Virus record (IMG/VR): IMGVR_UViG_3300038679_000379
Coordinates: 1-34,317 of that record
DNA length: 34,317 nucleotides
Strand: one strand, 5' to 3'
DNA from: a virus
Lineage: Duplodnaviria; Caudoviricetes
The stretch's first letter is position 1; each line of letters begins with the position of its first letter. The position numbers were made by a program, and so were the translations under genes. The notes under the pieces are model-generated. The model worked only from the letters and a program-made list of their open reading frames with translations, had not been told where the DNA came from and did not search any database. Shown one piece after another: positions 33,595-34,317 of the stretch.

Positions 33595-34317
33595 ATGGCG
33601 AACTTGCCGCAGGTCTCGACGTTTCATGCTGGGATCTATCAGATCGAGACCACCGACAAGGCCCTCGGCGGCGTCGATGGCGTCTCGAACCGTCAGGCGC
33701 AAGAGCTGAGCGATCGGACGAACTGGCTGAAGCAGGCCATCGAAACGCACGACCCAGAGCTCGACGGTCACCACGCGAACGAGATCGTGACGGCCGCGCG
33801 CGAATGGCTCGCAGGTCTGAGCGTGGATGCGCAGCTCACGGAGCTTGTCAGCGGCCTGCTCGCGCAGGCCGAGACTGCGGGCGCTGGGCGCGTCGGCAAC
33901 GTGGGGCTGACGTTCACCGAGGGAGCGTTCACGCTCACCGTCGCCGCGGGCACCGTCGGCGCGCAGCTCCAGTCTCTTCTGCAGCGCCTGACGGAGCACT
34001 TGGCCCACAAGCTGCCCGGAGACCATGACGGCCGCTACCTGCGTCCTGGCGGTGCCACGGGCGCCGGCACCATCGCCGCCGGTGACACGAGCGCGGCGGG
34101 GACGTACTCCATCGGCTTGGTCGGCCCGCCGCCGGTCAGCGTCTACTACGTCGACTCCGCCAAGCTGTACCTCGCTGGCACCGGGCCGCGCGCCGCCGAC
34201 CTGGAGGTTTGGTGGGAGGCCGCCACCGGGGACGACTGGAACCTGAAGATCAAGAACGTCGGCGCCACGAGCATCGACGTGCGCTTCGGCGTGGCGCGGC
34301 TCATCAACAGCGTGTGA
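33595..34317 (+). CDS. short tail-fibre (proximal/anchor) protein
   Basis: MANL...GIYQIETTDKALGGVDGVSNRQAQELSDRTNWLK fibre N-terminus; GGAGGAG SD. Confidence 0.8.
   Translation: MANLPQVSTFHAGIYQIETTDKALGGVDGVSNRQAQELSDRTNWLKQAIETHDPELDGHHANEIVTAAREWLAGLSVDAQLTELVSGLLAQAETAGAGRVGNVGLTFTEGAFTLTVAAGTVGAQLQSLLQRLTEHLAHKLPGDHDGRYLRPGGATGAGTIAAGDTSAAGTYSIGLVGPPPVSVYYVDSAKLYLAGTGPRAADLEVWWEAATGDDWNLKIKNVGATSIDVRFGVARLINSV

Larger units (their letters stand above)
1..34317 (+). mobile_element. Mu-like transposable (pro)phage, myovirus-type tail; ends not in window
   Basis: MuA/MuB/Gam/GemA, gp25-gp30-like genes, protease I, capsid, gp36, sheath, tube, TMP and baseplate in Mu-like synteny. Confidence 0.97.

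Noticed and set aside
1-34317. Prophage ends (TG...CA with MuA sites), repressor/ner, gin invertase, mom, tRNA, DGR reverse transcriptase
   Set aside because: None recognisable; the window starts and ends at gene boundaries inside the phage

Overview
The whole window (about 70%+ GC by eye) is the interior of a Mu-like transposable prophage with a contractile tail, almost entirely on the + strand with many overlapping stop/start codons. Gene order: small HTH/regulatory early genes, MuA-like DDE transposase, MuB-like ATPase, Gam, a semi-essential region (Zn-finger and wHTH proteins, a displaced endolysin, an ASCH protein, GemA/gp16, an Xis-like HTH), holin and lipoprotein, gp25/26/27-like genes, terminase, a portal-MuF-nuclease fusion, protease/scaffold, a four-fold tandem capsid-cement-like protein, major capsid, head-tail joining genes, sheath, tube, frameshifted chaperones, tape measure, baseplate and a short tail-fibre gene. 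The repressor and both prophage ends appear to lie outside the window. The most unusual signals are non-coding and antisense: (i) a solitary CRISPR-repeat-like unit between MuA and MuB with a minus-strand sigma70-like promoter in crRNA-sense orientation; (ii) a near-consensus minus-strand promoter pointing at a structured, internally repeated RNA right behind the portal-MuF-PBECR-like nuclease, which has no protein immunity gene; (iii) a hairpin-bounded antisense small-gene cassette. All protein family calls come from remembered motifs and synteny, not from database searches.
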